This document shows positions 1-9,381 of a stretch of DNA of 64,000 bases, one piece after another. Below the pieces are notes generated by a model that saw nothing but the letters and a program-made list of their open reading frames with translations, had not been told where the DNA came from and ran no database searches. Source of the DNA: Acidobacteriota bacterium (lineage in GTDB: Bacteria > Acidobacteriota > Vicinamibacteria > Fen-336); contig JAQBHI010000177.1 in NCBI GenBank assembly GCA_032127875.1, positions 2,609 to 66,608 on the forward strand, in the 5' to 3' direction. Positions within the stretch are counted from its first letter, which is position 1, and each line of letters starts with the position of its first letter. A program made the position numbers and the translations under genes.

Positions 1-1
1 G

Positions 2-1138
2 ATCGAGGGCGAACGCATCACGGCCGTCGGCTCGGGCCTGCCGATTCCAGCTGGGACGCGAGTCCTCGACCTCGGGGGCGCGACGCTGCTGCCGGGCCTG
101 ATCGACATGCACGTGCATCTCACGGCTCGCGCCGATCGGCATGGCTATCGGGCCCTCGCTGCCTCGCTGCCGAAGCAGACGCTGGACGGGGCGGCGAACG
201 CCCGCATCACGCTGCTCGCGGGCTTCACGACCGTGCGTAACGTCGGCGCCGACGGCTTCAGTGACGTGGCGCTGCGCGACGCGATCGCCGAAGGCGAGAT
301 TCCCGGCCCGCGCTTGCTGGTTTCGGGCCCCGCACTCGGGATCACGGGCGGCCACTGCGACAACAACCTGCTGCCGGCGGAATGGAACGCCAGGGGCGAG
401 GGCGTCGCCGATGGTCCCAACGCAGCCCGTGCCAGGGTGCGCGAGAACTTCAAGTATGGCGCCGACCTGATCAAGATCTGCGCGAGCGGCGGGGTGCTTT
501 CCAAGGGCGACGCCGTCGGCGCGCCGCAGTACACGATCGAGGAAATGACCGCGATCGCGAACGAGGCGCACCGCCAGGGCAAGAAGGTCGCCGCCCACGC
601 CCACGGCACGCTGTCGATCAAGGAGGCGATCGCGTCCGGCGTCGACAGCATCGAGCACTCGAGCCTGATCGACGACGAGGGCATCCGGATGGCCAAGGAG
701 CAGGGCACGGTCCTCGTCATGGACATCTACAACGACGACTACATCCTCCAGGAGGGCGAGAAGGCCGGCATCCTTCCCGAGTCGATCGAGAAGGAGAAGG
801 CGATCGGCAAGGCCCAGCGCGAAAGCTTCGAGCGAGCGACCCGGGCCGGGGCGAAGATGGCCTTCGGCACCGACGCAGGCGTCTATCCCCATGGCGACAA
901 TGCAAGGCAGTTCACGTACATGGTCCAGTACGGCATGGCGCCGATGCAGGCGATCCAGGCGGCCACCCTGAACGCGGCCGAAGCGCTCGGCTGGCGGGAT
1001 CGCGTTGGAAGCGTCGAGGCCGGAAAATTCGCGGACCTGATCGCCGTCAGCGGCGACCCGCTAGGCGAGATACGCGTTCTGGAGAGCGTGTCCTTCGTGA
1101 TGAAGGGCGGCGAGGTCGCGAAGAACACGCTGCGCTGA
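2..1138 (+). CDS. Metal-dependent amidohydrolase (Xaa-Pro dipeptidase-like, amidohydrolase_1), 5' truncated by window edge
   Basis: Frame open from base 2 (IEGERITAVG...TLLPGLIDMHVH); GFTTVRNVG, VAAHAHG, SIEH, FGTDAG, GKFADLIAV motifs. Confidence 0.9.
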   Translation: MEGERITAVGSGLPIPAGTRVLDLGGATLLPGLIDMHVHLTARADRHGYRALAASLPKQTLDGAANARITLLAGFTTVRNVGADGFSDVALRDAIAEGEIPGPRLLVSGPALGITGGHCDNNLLPAEWNARGEGVADGPNAARARVRENFKYGADLIKICASGGVLSKGDAVGAPQYTIEEMTAIANEAHRQGKKVAAHAHGTLSIKEAIASGVDSIEHSSLIDDEGIRMAKEQGTVLVMDIYNDDYILQEGEKAGILPESIEKEKAIGKAQRESFERATRAGAKMAFGTDAGVYPHGDNARQFTYMVQYGMAPMQAIQAATLNAAEALGWRDRVGSVEAGKFADLIAVSGDPLGEIRVLESVSFVMKGGEVAKNTLR

Positions 1139-1845
1139 TGGTGCTCGCCGCGCTGGTGCTGGTCACGGCGCTCTCCTATCCGATCGGGATCGCGCTGGGG
1201 AGCCCGTGGCTGCTGGCGATCCTGAACACGGCGCCGGGCTACTGGCTGATGATCACGAGGCTTCGCGCAGGCGACCGGCGTGGCGCGGTGATCGCGGTGC
1301 TGCTGTGGGCCGCCACGCTGGGCGTCTGTGGAACGTTGTGCTTCGCGCTTTGGCCGCGCGATCCGGCACAGGCAGTCTTGAACGGCCCCGGCTACCGTGA
1401 GGAGATGTTCGGCTGGATCTGCACCGGCGCCGGCTCGGAAGGCAACTGGCGGTTGTTTCTGCCGCAGCACCTGCTCCACCTGACAGCCTTCGTCGCACTG
1501 AGCCTGGCGACCGCGAGCTTGTTTTCGATCCTGTTCGGCGCGGTGCTCATGAACTACATGTCGTTCTACGTGGCGTCGCTGGCCCGAACCGGCCTGCCTG
1601 CGGGAGCGGTGCTGCTCCTGGGCTGGCAGCCCTGGGCCGTGTGCCGCGTCACGGCGTTCTGCATCCTCGGATCGGTGCTTGCCGTGCCGTTGCTGCGACG
1701 CGTTCGGCCCGGACGCTATGCGAGCCTGGCCCCGGCTCGACCCTACCTTTTCGTGGCTGCTGCCGGCATCGCAGCGGACTGGCTGCTCAAGGCCGCTTTC
1801 GCGCCGAGCTGGGGTCTCATGTTGCGGAAGTATCTGTGCCTCTGA
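1138..1845 (+). CDS. Integral membrane protein, SpoIIM/DUF95-like
   Basis: ATG overlaps upstream TGA (TGATG); about 6 hydrophobic segments; family assignment tentative. Confidence 0.65.
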   Translation: MVLAALVLVTALSYPIGIALGSPWLLAILNTAPGYWLMITRLRAGDRRGAVIAVLLWAATLGVCGTLCFALWPRDPAQAVLNGPGYREEMFGWICTGAGSEGNWRLFLPQHLLHLTAFVALSLATASLFSILFGAVLMNYMSFYVASLARTGLPAGAVLLLGWQPWAVCRVTAFCILGSVLAVPLLRRVRPGRYASLAPARPYLFVAAAGIAADWLLKAAFAPSWGLMLRKYLCL

Positions 1846-3460
1846 GCAGGGCCTTGAGCCCGCGCCAGGCGCGGCGCGGCCACGGGATGCCCGCCCGCTC
1901 CAACCGCACCAGGCCCTGACGACCGCGGACGACGAGGCTCTCACGCCACGACAGCCGACGCGCCTCGCTCGACTTGCGGACGATCGGGCAGTCTTCCGAG
2001 TCGAGGCAGTAACGATGGAATCGGCCCGCCGCCAGGTCGTGGCGGATCTCCTGCATCAGCCGACCGTTCCAGGCTTCCCGATAGCCCGTCGTCGGGGCAA
2101 TGCTCTTGCCGCCGAAGCAGCAGGGCAGCACGCCGCGGCGCAGGATGTAGAGGCTCGTCCACGGTTCGGTGCAGGCAGGCAGCCGCTCGCGACCCAGTGA
2201 CGGCAAGGGCCCCGGCGGCGTCTGGGTCGAGCCTTCCACCGGAGCCCGAGTCATCGTCTCGGCTTCGGCGCGCGGCGGCGCCTCCCTTTCGTTCACGCCG
2301 AGCGCTTCGAGGGCCTCGCGCCGGCCTTCTGCAAAGGCCTCGTGGAAGCTGGCTTCCATGGAGCCACCGAAGTCCATCTGGTCGGCGAGCGGCACTCCCA
2401 GGCGCGCGCACAGCTCGGCCACCCTGCCGCTGATGCGAACCTTCTCTTCGAAGGGCAGGATCTCCTTCTGGTAGTCGAAGCGGTAGCCCGCGCGATCCCA
2501 CGTGAGGTCGAGCGCCGTGCCGTCGTTGAGCGGCCGCAGCACCATTCGATCGGGCTTGAGATCGGCGGCGAGCCGCACGAAAGCGCCCACCTCGTGGAGG
2601 TTCGCCGGCATCGGCATGAAGACCAGGTAGACGAGCGGGAGTTTCCCCGGCCCGCCTTTGGCCGCGATCAGCCGCCGCACGTTGGCGACGAGTTGGTCGA
2701 AGCGGCCGTTGCGGAGCCGGGCATAGGTCGCCGCCGTCGCCGCATCGAAGGAGATATAGACGTGCATGTTGCGGCCGAGCAGCTTCGCGATGTGGCGGTC
2801 GGTGAGGATCTGGCCGTTGATCGTGATCTCGAGCATCTTGCCGCGCTCGCCGAAGGCATCCAGGACATCTTCGATGTTCTTGCCCATGAACGGCTCGCCG
2901 ATCGAGCAGTTCACGAGTTCGGCCGCATCGTCGAAGAAAGCGCCCCACTCGTCCAAGGTTTCGAGCGTGAACGGAAGCTCGGTGTTTGCGCCCTCCAGGT
3001 CCTTGCTGTAATCCCAGGCGCAGTAGACGCAAGGCGGCTTGACGTTGCAAGCACCCTCGACGTCGATGCCGAGCTTCACCGGCATGGACGCGAGCTGGGT
3101 AGCGCCGCGCAGCATCTCCGCGAGGTTCGTCACGGCGTTGCGTTGCTGCCGCGCGACGTGATCGTGGCGGCGGGGGTCGGCGTGCAGCCTTGGCGAGCGC
3201 ACCTCGACGGCGAGCGTCCGCTCATCCCCCGGGTAGTGCTCGCGCGGAAACGGCGGGTTCGCCTGAAGCGTCAGCCCCGCCGCGCCCGCGGGGACACCCA
3301 TCGAAACGCCGTTCCAGCCGCGCGCCAACGGCCAGACCTGGGCCGCGGGCGAGCTGACGGCGAGCCACTGTGTTAGGTCGTGAAACGGCGAGCGCACCCA
3401 CAGTTCGAGGAAGCGCTCCACCGGAGCCGGCTCGAAGCCGATCTCGCCGCGCGGTGACAT
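1817..3460 (-). CDS. Radical SAM protein with C-terminal SPASM/Twitch domain; true start may be upstream (frame open to 3577)
   Basis: CNVKPPCVYC cluster motif, GEPF, TING, ISFDAAT..TY..LR; C-terminal CTEPW...LPCC...C....CP. Confidence 0.85.
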   Translation of the reverse strand: MSPRGEIGFEPAPVERFLELWVRSPFHDLTQWLAVSSPAAQVWPLARGWNGVSMGVPAGAAGLTLQANPPFPREHYPGDERTLAVEVRSPRLHADPRRHDHVARQQRNAVTNLAEMLRGATQLASMPVKLGIDVEGACNVKPPCVYCAWDYSKDLEGANTELPFTLETLDEWGAFFDDAAELVNCSIGEPFMGKNIEDVLDAFGERGKMLEITINGQILTDRHIAKLLGRNMHVYISFDAATAATYARLRNGRFDQLVANVRRLIAAKGGPGKLPLVYLVFMPMPANLHEVGAFVRLAADLKPDRMVLRPLNDGTALDLTWDRAGYRFDYQKEILPFEEKVRISGRVAELCARLGVPLADQMDFGGSMEASFHEAFAEGRREALEALGVNEREAPPRAEAETMTRAPVEGSTQTPPGPLPSLGRERLPACTEPWTSLYILRRGVLPCCFGGKSIAPTTGYREAWNGRLMQEIRHDLAAGRFHRYCLDSEDCPIVRKSSEARRLSWRESLVVRGRQGLVRLERAGIPWPRRAWRGLKALLRGTDTSAT

Positions 3461-3577
3461 CCAGCGGAACGGAACCTCGTCGCCGCGTTCCTCGGCGTAG
3501 AAACCGTCGCCGAAACATAGTCCTCCGGGGCTCGACCGGCCCGTCGTGAGGAGCTGAGGTATTGCCGTGGCGCGACC

Positions 3578-3961
3578 CTAGGCGAGGTTCGTGCCCGACT
3601 CCAGCATCGTGTTCACGATGGTCAGGAGCTTGTTCGCCGTGAATGGCTTGTTGATGTACATGACCGCGCCCGATTCGAAGCCCTCGGCCAGCGCCTCGCC
3701 GCCGCCCTTCGCCGTCAGGAAGATCACCGGGATGTCCTTGAGCCGCGGATCTTCCTTGATCTTGCGGCAGACGGTGAAGCCATCCACCTCGGGCATCATC
3801 ACGTCGAGGAGCACGAGATCGAAGCTCTGCTCCGCCAGCAGCTTGAGCGCCTCGGCACCACCGCCGGCCCCGGTCACCTCGAAGCCCTTCTGCTCGAGGA
3901 TGCTCCGCTCCAGATTCAGGATGTTCTCGTCGTCGTCGACGACAAGGATGCGCTTCGCCAT
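3578..3961 (-). CDS. Single-domain response regulator (CheY-like receiver)
   Basis: ILVVDD, LLDVMMPEVDG, FLTAK, YINKPF; GGAGG upstream of ATG 3961. Confidence 0.95.
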   Translation of the reverse strand: MAKRILVVDDDENILNLERSILEQKGFEVTGAGGGAEALKLLAEQSFDLVLLDVMMPEVDGFTVCRKIKEDPRLKDIPVIFLTAKGGGEALAEGFESGAVMYINKPFTANKLLTIVNTMLESGTNLA

Positions 3962-4401
3962 CAGCAACCTCCGGGGTCCGACCGGCCAACGCCCGATTGC
4001 GCGGCGATTCTAGCAATCTCGCCTGGGCTTGTCAGCATCGACTCCATTTCCCACAGCAGAAAGAACAGCGTGCCCGGGCGGGTGCGAAGCGGAGCGAGCG
4101 CCGCGGCAGCGCTCAGCAGGCTTCTCGCCGCCGCCACCGCCGGCTCCTCGGCGGGGCCCAGCCACCTGTCCAGGAAACCGCGGACCAGGTTCTCGTCGCC
4201 GTCGCCCCAGGCGCCCTCGAGCTTGCGCAGGACGCGGCGGGCGAGGCGGCACTCGGCGCGTGATGGCGCCGGCCAGGCTCCCTGCCCCCTGGCGACTCCC
4301 GCCAGCGACCGAAGGCGCAGTTCGAGCAGCGCCAGATACGCGTCCCGGTCGCCGCTAGGCGGGAGGACGCGTGCCACGGCCCTGGTGAGTGGGTGAGTCA
4401 C
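3961..4401 (-). CDS. Hypothetical helical protein
   Basis: Fills the gap between lpxB and the response regulator with overlapping start/stop at both ends (GTGA, TGATG). Confidence 0.6.
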   Translation of the reverse strand: MTHPLTRAVARVLPPSGDRDAYLALLELRLRSLAGVARGQGAWPAPSRAECRLARRVLRKLEGAWGDGDENLVRGFLDRWLGPAEEPAVAAARSLLSAAAALAPLRTRPGTLFFLLWEMESMLTSPGEIARIAAQSGVGRSDPGGC

Positions 4402-5546
4402 GACGCCTGAGGCAGGTAGCCTGCCACCAGCGCCGCCGCCCTGGCCGCAGCACCCGGCTCGCCCAGCCGAAGGCGAACCTCGGCCAGGTCCTCGCGCATC
4501 TTCGCGGCACGCGCGGGGTCTCCCAGCAGTTCGAGCGCTTCGCTAGCCACGCGCTCGGCCGTGAAGTCGCCCTGCATCAGCTCAGGCACCACGCTGCGGC
4601 CGGCGATCAGGTTTACCATTGCGAACTGGCTGACACGCAGCAAGGGCCGGCCCAGCGCGTAGGTCAGCGGCGAGACTCGATACACGACGACCATTGGCAG
4701 GCCCTGGAGCGCCGCTTCGACGGTTGCCGTACCCGAAGCTACCAGCCCGGCCGAGGCCGAGGCGAGCGCCTCATGAGTGCGGCCGCGCACCAGCTGCACG
4801 CCGGATCGCGCCCGCGCCGCAGCAAAGATCTCCTCCGGCAGGCTCGGCGCTGCGGCGAGCAGGAACTGGACGTCCGGGCGCCGCGCGGCGATGTGTTCCA
4901 GCGCCCCGAGCAGAGGTGGCAGGTTGTGCCTCACCTCCTGCGGCCGGCTGCCCGGAAGCACCGCCAGGACCGGCCTGCCCGGATCGAAGCCGAGCTCCCG
5001 AAGCATGGCTGCCTTGTCCGATACGGGTTTGACGTGGTCGAGCAACGGATGGCCGACGAAGCTGACAGGCACACCCGCATCCCGATAGATCGCCTCCTCG
5101 AAGGGAAACAGCACCAGCATCCGCGCGACGCTCTCGCGGATCGTGCGGATGCGACCTGGGCGCCAGGCCCACACCTGGGGCGACACGTAGTAGACGACCG
5201 GGATGCCACGCCGCTTCAGTTCGCGGGCCAGCCGCAGGTTGAAATCGGGATAGTCGACGAGGACCGCGACATCGGGCCGGGCCCGGTCCGCTTCGGCGAG
5301 GATTCGCTTGAAGATCGTCCGCAGCTCGCCAAGATGCTTCACGACCTCGAGCAACCCGACCACGGCAACGTCGCGGACGTGGGCGACGAGTTGCACGCCG
5401 GCAGCCGCTCCATGCTCTCCGGCCAGGCCGAAGGCGCCGAGGTCGGGCCGGTTCGAGCGCAGCTCCGCGACGAGTTCGCCGCCATAGGCGTCACCCGAGG
5501 GCTCACCGCAGGACAAGAGGAGGCGCGGAGGAATTTTCAGGCTCAC
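4398..5546 (-). CDS. lpxB: Lipid-A-disaccharide synthase
   Basis: GEPSGD, DYPDFN, YYVSPQVWAWR, FPFE, FVGHPL, LPGSR, SGTATVE, VPELMQ; GTG 5546 preceded by TATACT. Confidence 0.95.
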   Translation of the reverse strand: MSLKIPPRLLLSCGEPSGDAYGGELVAELRSNRPDLGAFGLAGEHGAAAGVQLVAHVRDVAVVGLLEVVKHLGELRTIFKRILAEADRARPDVAVLVDYPDFNLRLARELKRRGIPVVYYVSPQVWAWRPGRIRTIRESVARMLVLFPFEEAIYRDAGVPVSFVGHPLLDHVKPVSDKAAMLRELGFDPGRPVLAVLPGSRPQEVRHNLPPLLGALEHIAARRPDVQFLLAAAPSLPEEIFAAARARSGVQLVRGRTHEALASASAGLVASGTATVEAALQGLPMVVVYRVSPLTYALGRPLLRVSQFAMVNLIAGRSVVPELMQGDFTAERVASEALELLGDPARAAKMREDLAEVRLRLGEPGAAARAAALVAGYLPQAS

Positions 5547-5671
5547 CGAGCCGAGTATAGAGCCTGTCCCCGGCCCGCAGGCTGCTCGCTTGTCCCCTGG
5601 GAAGGACAGCCCGACGCTCGCCTCCTGTTGCCAACCTCCTGATTCCCGAAGGCTTCCGCCTTTGGCAGTGT

Positions 5672-5687
5672 CGGCACATGGATTGCT
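5672..5687 (+). promoter_or_regulatory. Putative sigma-54 promoter (-24/-12) for the PEGA gene
   Basis: CGGCAC-ATGGA-TTGCT, GG-N10-GC spacing exact, 35 bp upstream of ATG 5723. Confidence 0.65.
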
Positions 5688-5722
5688 GTTCTGTTTGAGT
5701 GCAGAATGGTGGGGAGGAAGAA

Positions 5723-6805
5723 ATGAGCGGACGGCAACTGACGGCAGCGATGGCCTTCGTGGCGGTGATGGCGCTTCCTGTTCTCGCGGAGGACGCGAAG
5801 CAGCGCGGCTCGAGCGGTGGCTCCTCCGTCGGCTCGAGCCACGCCTCCCACGGTTCCAGCGGCAACTCCCACTCTGGCGTGAGCAACTCAGGCTACCAGC
5901 CCTCCGGCAACGCGTCCCGGCCCTCGGTCTCCCTGACCGATGCGCAGCGGCGCCACCCCCGCGCGGGGACCGGGACCGGCTCGCGCTATCCAAGTTCCGC
6001 CTACGGCGGGCGCGGCTACCGCGGCCGCGGCTACGGCTACTACCCCTACTATTCCTACTACGGCCGGCCCTACTACTCGGGATACGGCTACTATCCTTGG
6101 GGCGGTCTCTACTTCGACAGCTACTGGTACGGCGGCGGCCGCGCTCCCTACTACTACAACAGTTACGGGTACGGCTACTACTCGACGCCCTACGGCGACA
6201 CCGGTTCGATTCGGGTGCAGGTCGACGAGGAGAAGGCCAAGGTCTACGTAGACGGCTACTACGCGGGCGTCGTGGACGACTTCGACGGCTTGTTCCAGCG
6301 ACTGCACGTGTCTCCCGGCCGCCACGAGATCGCCGTCAAGCTCGACGGTTACCACACCGAGCGCTTCGAGGTCTACGTCCAGCGGGGCTCCACCGTGAAG
6401 ATCAAGCACGACATGGTTCGCGGCGAGGGCGAGCAGCGGAACATGGAATATGCGCCGCTGGCTCGCAACCAGGAGCCGGCCGAGCGCGAGGCGCCCCGTG
6501 ACGATCGCTACGCCCCGACCGAGGACAACCGCTGGCCGCGCGAAGCGGATCGTCGAGGCGACGCGCGTGAAGCTCGGGACGATCGCGACGCGCAGGGCAC
6601 CCTGCGCCTGGACGTGCGTCCCGACGACGCCTCCGTCTACGTCGACGGCACCTTCAGCGGCTCCGCCCGGGAGCTCTCGCGGCTCCAGTTGAGCCCGGGA
6701 CGCCACCGCATCGAGATCGTACGGCCGGGCTTCCGTACCTACGACCGCGACGTGGAGGTCGATTCCGGGCGCAGCTTGGATCTCAGCGTCGAGCTAGAGA
6801 AGTAA
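5723..6805 (+). CDS. Secreted PEGA-domain protein (two PEGA domains) with Ser/Gly- and Tyr/Gly-rich N-terminal region
   Basis: Signal peptide; AKVYVDGYYAG...LHVSPGRHEIAVKLDGY and ASVYVDG...LSPGRHRIEIVRPGF; GGAGG RBS. Confidence 0.9.
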   Translation: MSGRQLTAAMAFVAVMALPVLAEDAKQRGSSGGSSVGSSHASHGSSGNSHSGVSNSGYQPSGNASRPSVSLTDAQRRHPRAGTGTGSRYPSSAYGGRGYRGRGYGYYPYYSYYGRPYYSGYGYYPWGGLYFDSYWYGGGRAPYYYNSYGYGYYSTPYGDTGSIRVQVDEEKAKVYVDGYYAGVVDDFDGLFQRLHVSPGRHEIAVKLDGYHTERFEVYVQRGSTVKIKHDMVRGEGEQRNMEYAPLARNQEPAEREAPRDDRYAPTEDNRWPREADRRGDAREARDDRDAQGTLRLDVRPDDASVYVDGTFSGSARELSRLQLSPGRHRIEIVRPGFRTYDRDVEVDSGRSLDLSVELEK

Positions 6806-6830
6806 GGGGCGGGGTGCACGGCTCCGCCCC
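6806..6830. terminator. GC-rich hairpin between convergent genes
   Basis: GGGGCGGGGT-GCACG-GCTCCGCCCC directly after the PEGA stop; no U-tract. Confidence 0.4.
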
Positions 6831-6856
6831 CGAAGCCGGCATTACAACGGAGCGCG

Positions 6857-7876
6857 CTAAAACCCGCCCGCGGCGGTCGGTATCGAGGGCGTTACGGAGC
6901 GGCGCTTGTAGAGATCCTGGTAGATCTTTCCCGCGATCGACGAGGCTAGGTGCCCGTTGCCGCGACGGACGAATACCACGATCACGACCTCCGGCTGGTT
7001 GGCTGGCGCATACGAGGCGAACCAGCCTAGTTGCGAGCACGAACCGGTCTTGCCCGCGACCACAACCTCAGGATCGAAGGCCGACATCGCGCTGCCCTCG
7101 TTGACGGCGCTCAGGAAGCCCTCGGCCAGCCCGTCCAGTTTCGTTCCGCTCGGCAGGCGCCAGCGTTCCTTCGGCACGAAGCTGTCGGCGGCGCCCACCT
7201 GCGGCTGGTACACGATGCCACCGTTGATCGCGGCCGAAAGCAGGACCGCGAGCTGCACGGCCGAGGTTTGGATGCCGGCCGCATGGCTCGAGAGATGGCC
7301 AACGGCCGCAGGCGATACCCTCGAGGGCAGCCGACCCTTGCTCTCACCGGTTAGGTTGATGCCCGACGTCGCCCCCAGACCCAGCATCTGCGCGTACTGT
7401 TCGATCTTCGGGTAGCCGAGCTGCTCGCCCACCCATTCGAAGTAGGGGTTGCAGGAGACGGCCAGCGCGCGCCTCAGGTCGATGCGCCCATGGCCGGGCC
7501 AGGCCCAGCAGCCGCGCTGGCAGTTGTGCGTGCTCTCGGGCGTGATGATGCCTTCGGAGAGCCCAGCGATCGCGACGACGACCTTGAAGACCGAGCACGG
7601 CTGGTAGGCGTTGAAGAGGCCGTAGGTCGGGTTGACGAGGGCGATCACGCGGCCCGTGCGCGGATCCAGGGCGACGACCGAGCCGGCCCTGCGGCCGAGC
7701 GCGCGCTGCGCCGCTTCGGCCACGGCCTGATCCTGGGCGGAGGCGCCTGGCGGGAGGATCACCGAAGGCACGCTGACGCGGCGGGTGGTGCTGCTCGCCT
7801 TTCGGACGGCGGCCTCGGACGACGCGGCCAGCACGCAGCTGGCGGCGAGCGCGCCAGCAACTCCAAGTTTGTTCAT
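6857..7876 (-). CDS. Stand-alone penicillin-binding transpeptidase-domain protein, secreted
   Basis: SxxK (CSVFK), SxN (SCN), KTG motifs; VVALDPRTGRVIA; signal peptide MNKLGVAGALAASCVLAASSEA. Confidence 0.88.
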   Translation of the reverse strand: MNKLGVAGALAASCVLAASSEAAVRKASSTTRRVSVPSVILPPGASAQDQAVAEAAQRALGRRAGSVVALDPRTGRVIALVNPTYGLFNAYQPCSVFKVVVAIAGLSEGIITPESTHNCQRGCWAWPGHGRIDLRRALAVSCNPYFEWVGEQLGYPKIEQYAQMLGLGATSGINLTGESKGRLPSRVSPAAVGHLSSHAAGIQTSAVQLAVLLSAAINGGIVYQPQVGAADSFVPKERWRLPSGTKLDGLAEGFLSAVNEGSAMSAFDPEVVVAGKTGSCSQLGWFASYAPANQPEVVIVVFVRRGNGHLASSIAGKIYQDLYKRRSVTPSIPTAAGGF

Positions 7877-7943
7877 TCGTCCGGCAGCGTAGCATATAAT
7901 CCCCGCGTTGAACGCGCCCCCCGCTATCGAAGGAGAGACGATC

Positions 7944-9344
7944 ATGCTCGTTCGCCGCCCTCTCGGCGTGGCCTTCCTGGCCCTCGGCCTGCTGCCCGCG
8001 CCGGCCGCGCACGCCGACAAGATGAGCAAGGAAGACAAGACCTGGCTCGAGTCGGTTACTCCGATCCTGCTGAAGGACGAGGAGAAGAGCTTCAAGGAGC
8101 TGAAGGACAAGTCCGAGCGCGAGGAGTTCAAGAAGATCTTCTGGGCGCGGCGCGATCCCGATCTCGACACGCCGGAGAACGAGTATCAGGTCGAGTACCA
8201 GAAGCAGGTGGCGCTGGTCGACGTGAGGTTCAAGAAGGCCGGGCAGCCAGGCTCCAGGAACGACTGCGGCAAGGTGTTCATCCTGCTGGGCGAGCCGACC
8301 TCGATCGAGAAGGACGACGAAGGGGGCGGGGAAACCTGGACCTACAAGGACAGCCCCGGCCAGACCTTCAGTGGCGGCCAGGCCAAGATCGCTTTCACCG
8401 ACGTCTGCCGCGGGCCGGTGAGCAAGGAGTTCGAGCAGCAGATCGACCGCATCGCGGAATCCAGGCTGGCCCATCCGAACATCGACTACCGCTTCGGCTC
8501 CGATGGCAAACTCGCCAAGCTGGTCGACCTGCTGCCCAAGCCGACGCCGGCGCAGGCGCTGCTCAAGACGCCGCGCCAGGACTTCCCGCTCGAGACGCAG
8601 GCCGCGTTCCTCAAGACCGAGGGTGGCGGGACGGCCCTCGTCGGGCTGGTGCGCGGCAAGGCGGAAGGCCTCGAGGTCCAGGATGCCGGCGGCAAGAAGA
8701 CCGTGCGCGTCACCGTCGTGGCGCAAGCGGTGACCGAAGATGGCAAGAACGCCGCTTTCGCGGAGCAGGAGGAGGCGGGCGACGTGAGGCCCGACGGCAG
8801 CTTCGTGGCGAGCTACCGCATGCTCCTCAAGCCCGGCAACTACAGCTTGAAAGGCGGCGCGCTCGAAGTGAAGTCGGCCAAGGGCTCGCTCGCGCAGGTT
8901 CCGGTCGAGGTGCCCGATCTCAACAAGGGCGAGCTCACTGCGACGCTGATCGTGCTGCGCGATGTCGAGGAACTGACGGAGGGCGTCGTGGACAACAACC
9001 ACGCCTACTCAGGTCTGACGCTCGCCAAGGTGAGGCTGATCCCGTACTTCGGCGCGCTCTTCACGAAGGCCGACGCACTCCAGATCTTCTTCCAGTACTA
9101 CGACGCGAAGCTTGACGAGACGACCGGCAAGGCCTCCGTCACGACTAGCGTTGCGCTCCTCCAGGGCACCAAACCCAAAGCCAAGGCGCCCGACCAGGTG
9201 TTCGATAGCGTCGTCGGCGGCAACCTCGTCGGCCCAATTCCTCTGGCCGACTACGCGCCTGGCAACTACATCGTCCGGGTCAAGCTGACCGACAGCGTCG
9301 CCAAGAAGGACATCGTCAAGGAATTCGCTTTCGAGATGCAGTAG
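7944..9344 (+). CDS. GWxTD-domain protein
   Basis: WL..V..I...EE..F..L....ERE.F...FW.RRDP..TPENE....Y; GSRNDCGKVFILLGEP; signal peptide; AGGAG RBS. Confidence 0.88.
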   Translation: MLVRRPLGVAFLALGLLPAPAAHADKMSKEDKTWLESVTPILLKDEEKSFKELKDKSEREEFKKIFWARRDPDLDTPENEYQVEYQKQVALVDVRFKKAGQPGSRNDCGKVFILLGEPTSIEKDDEGGGETWTYKDSPGQTFSGGQAKIAFTDVCRGPVSKEFEQQIDRIAESRLAHPNIDYRFGSDGKLAKLVDLLPKPTPAQALLKTPRQDFPLETQAAFLKTEGGGTALVGLVRGKAEGLEVQDAGGKKTVRVTVVAQAVTEDGKNAAFAEQEEAGDVRPDGSFVASYRMLLKPGNYSLKGGALEVKSAKGSLAQVPVEVPDLNKGELTATLIVLRDVEELTEGVVDNNHAYSGLTLAKVRLIPYFGALFTKADALQIFFQYYDAKLDETTGKASVTTSVALLQGTKPKAKAPDQVFDSVVGGNLVGPIPLADYAPGNYIVRVKLTDSVAKKDIVKEFAFEMQ

Positions 9345-9381
9345 GCAGGGCCGAAGCGCCCAGGCTTGTTCCTTCCTGGGC

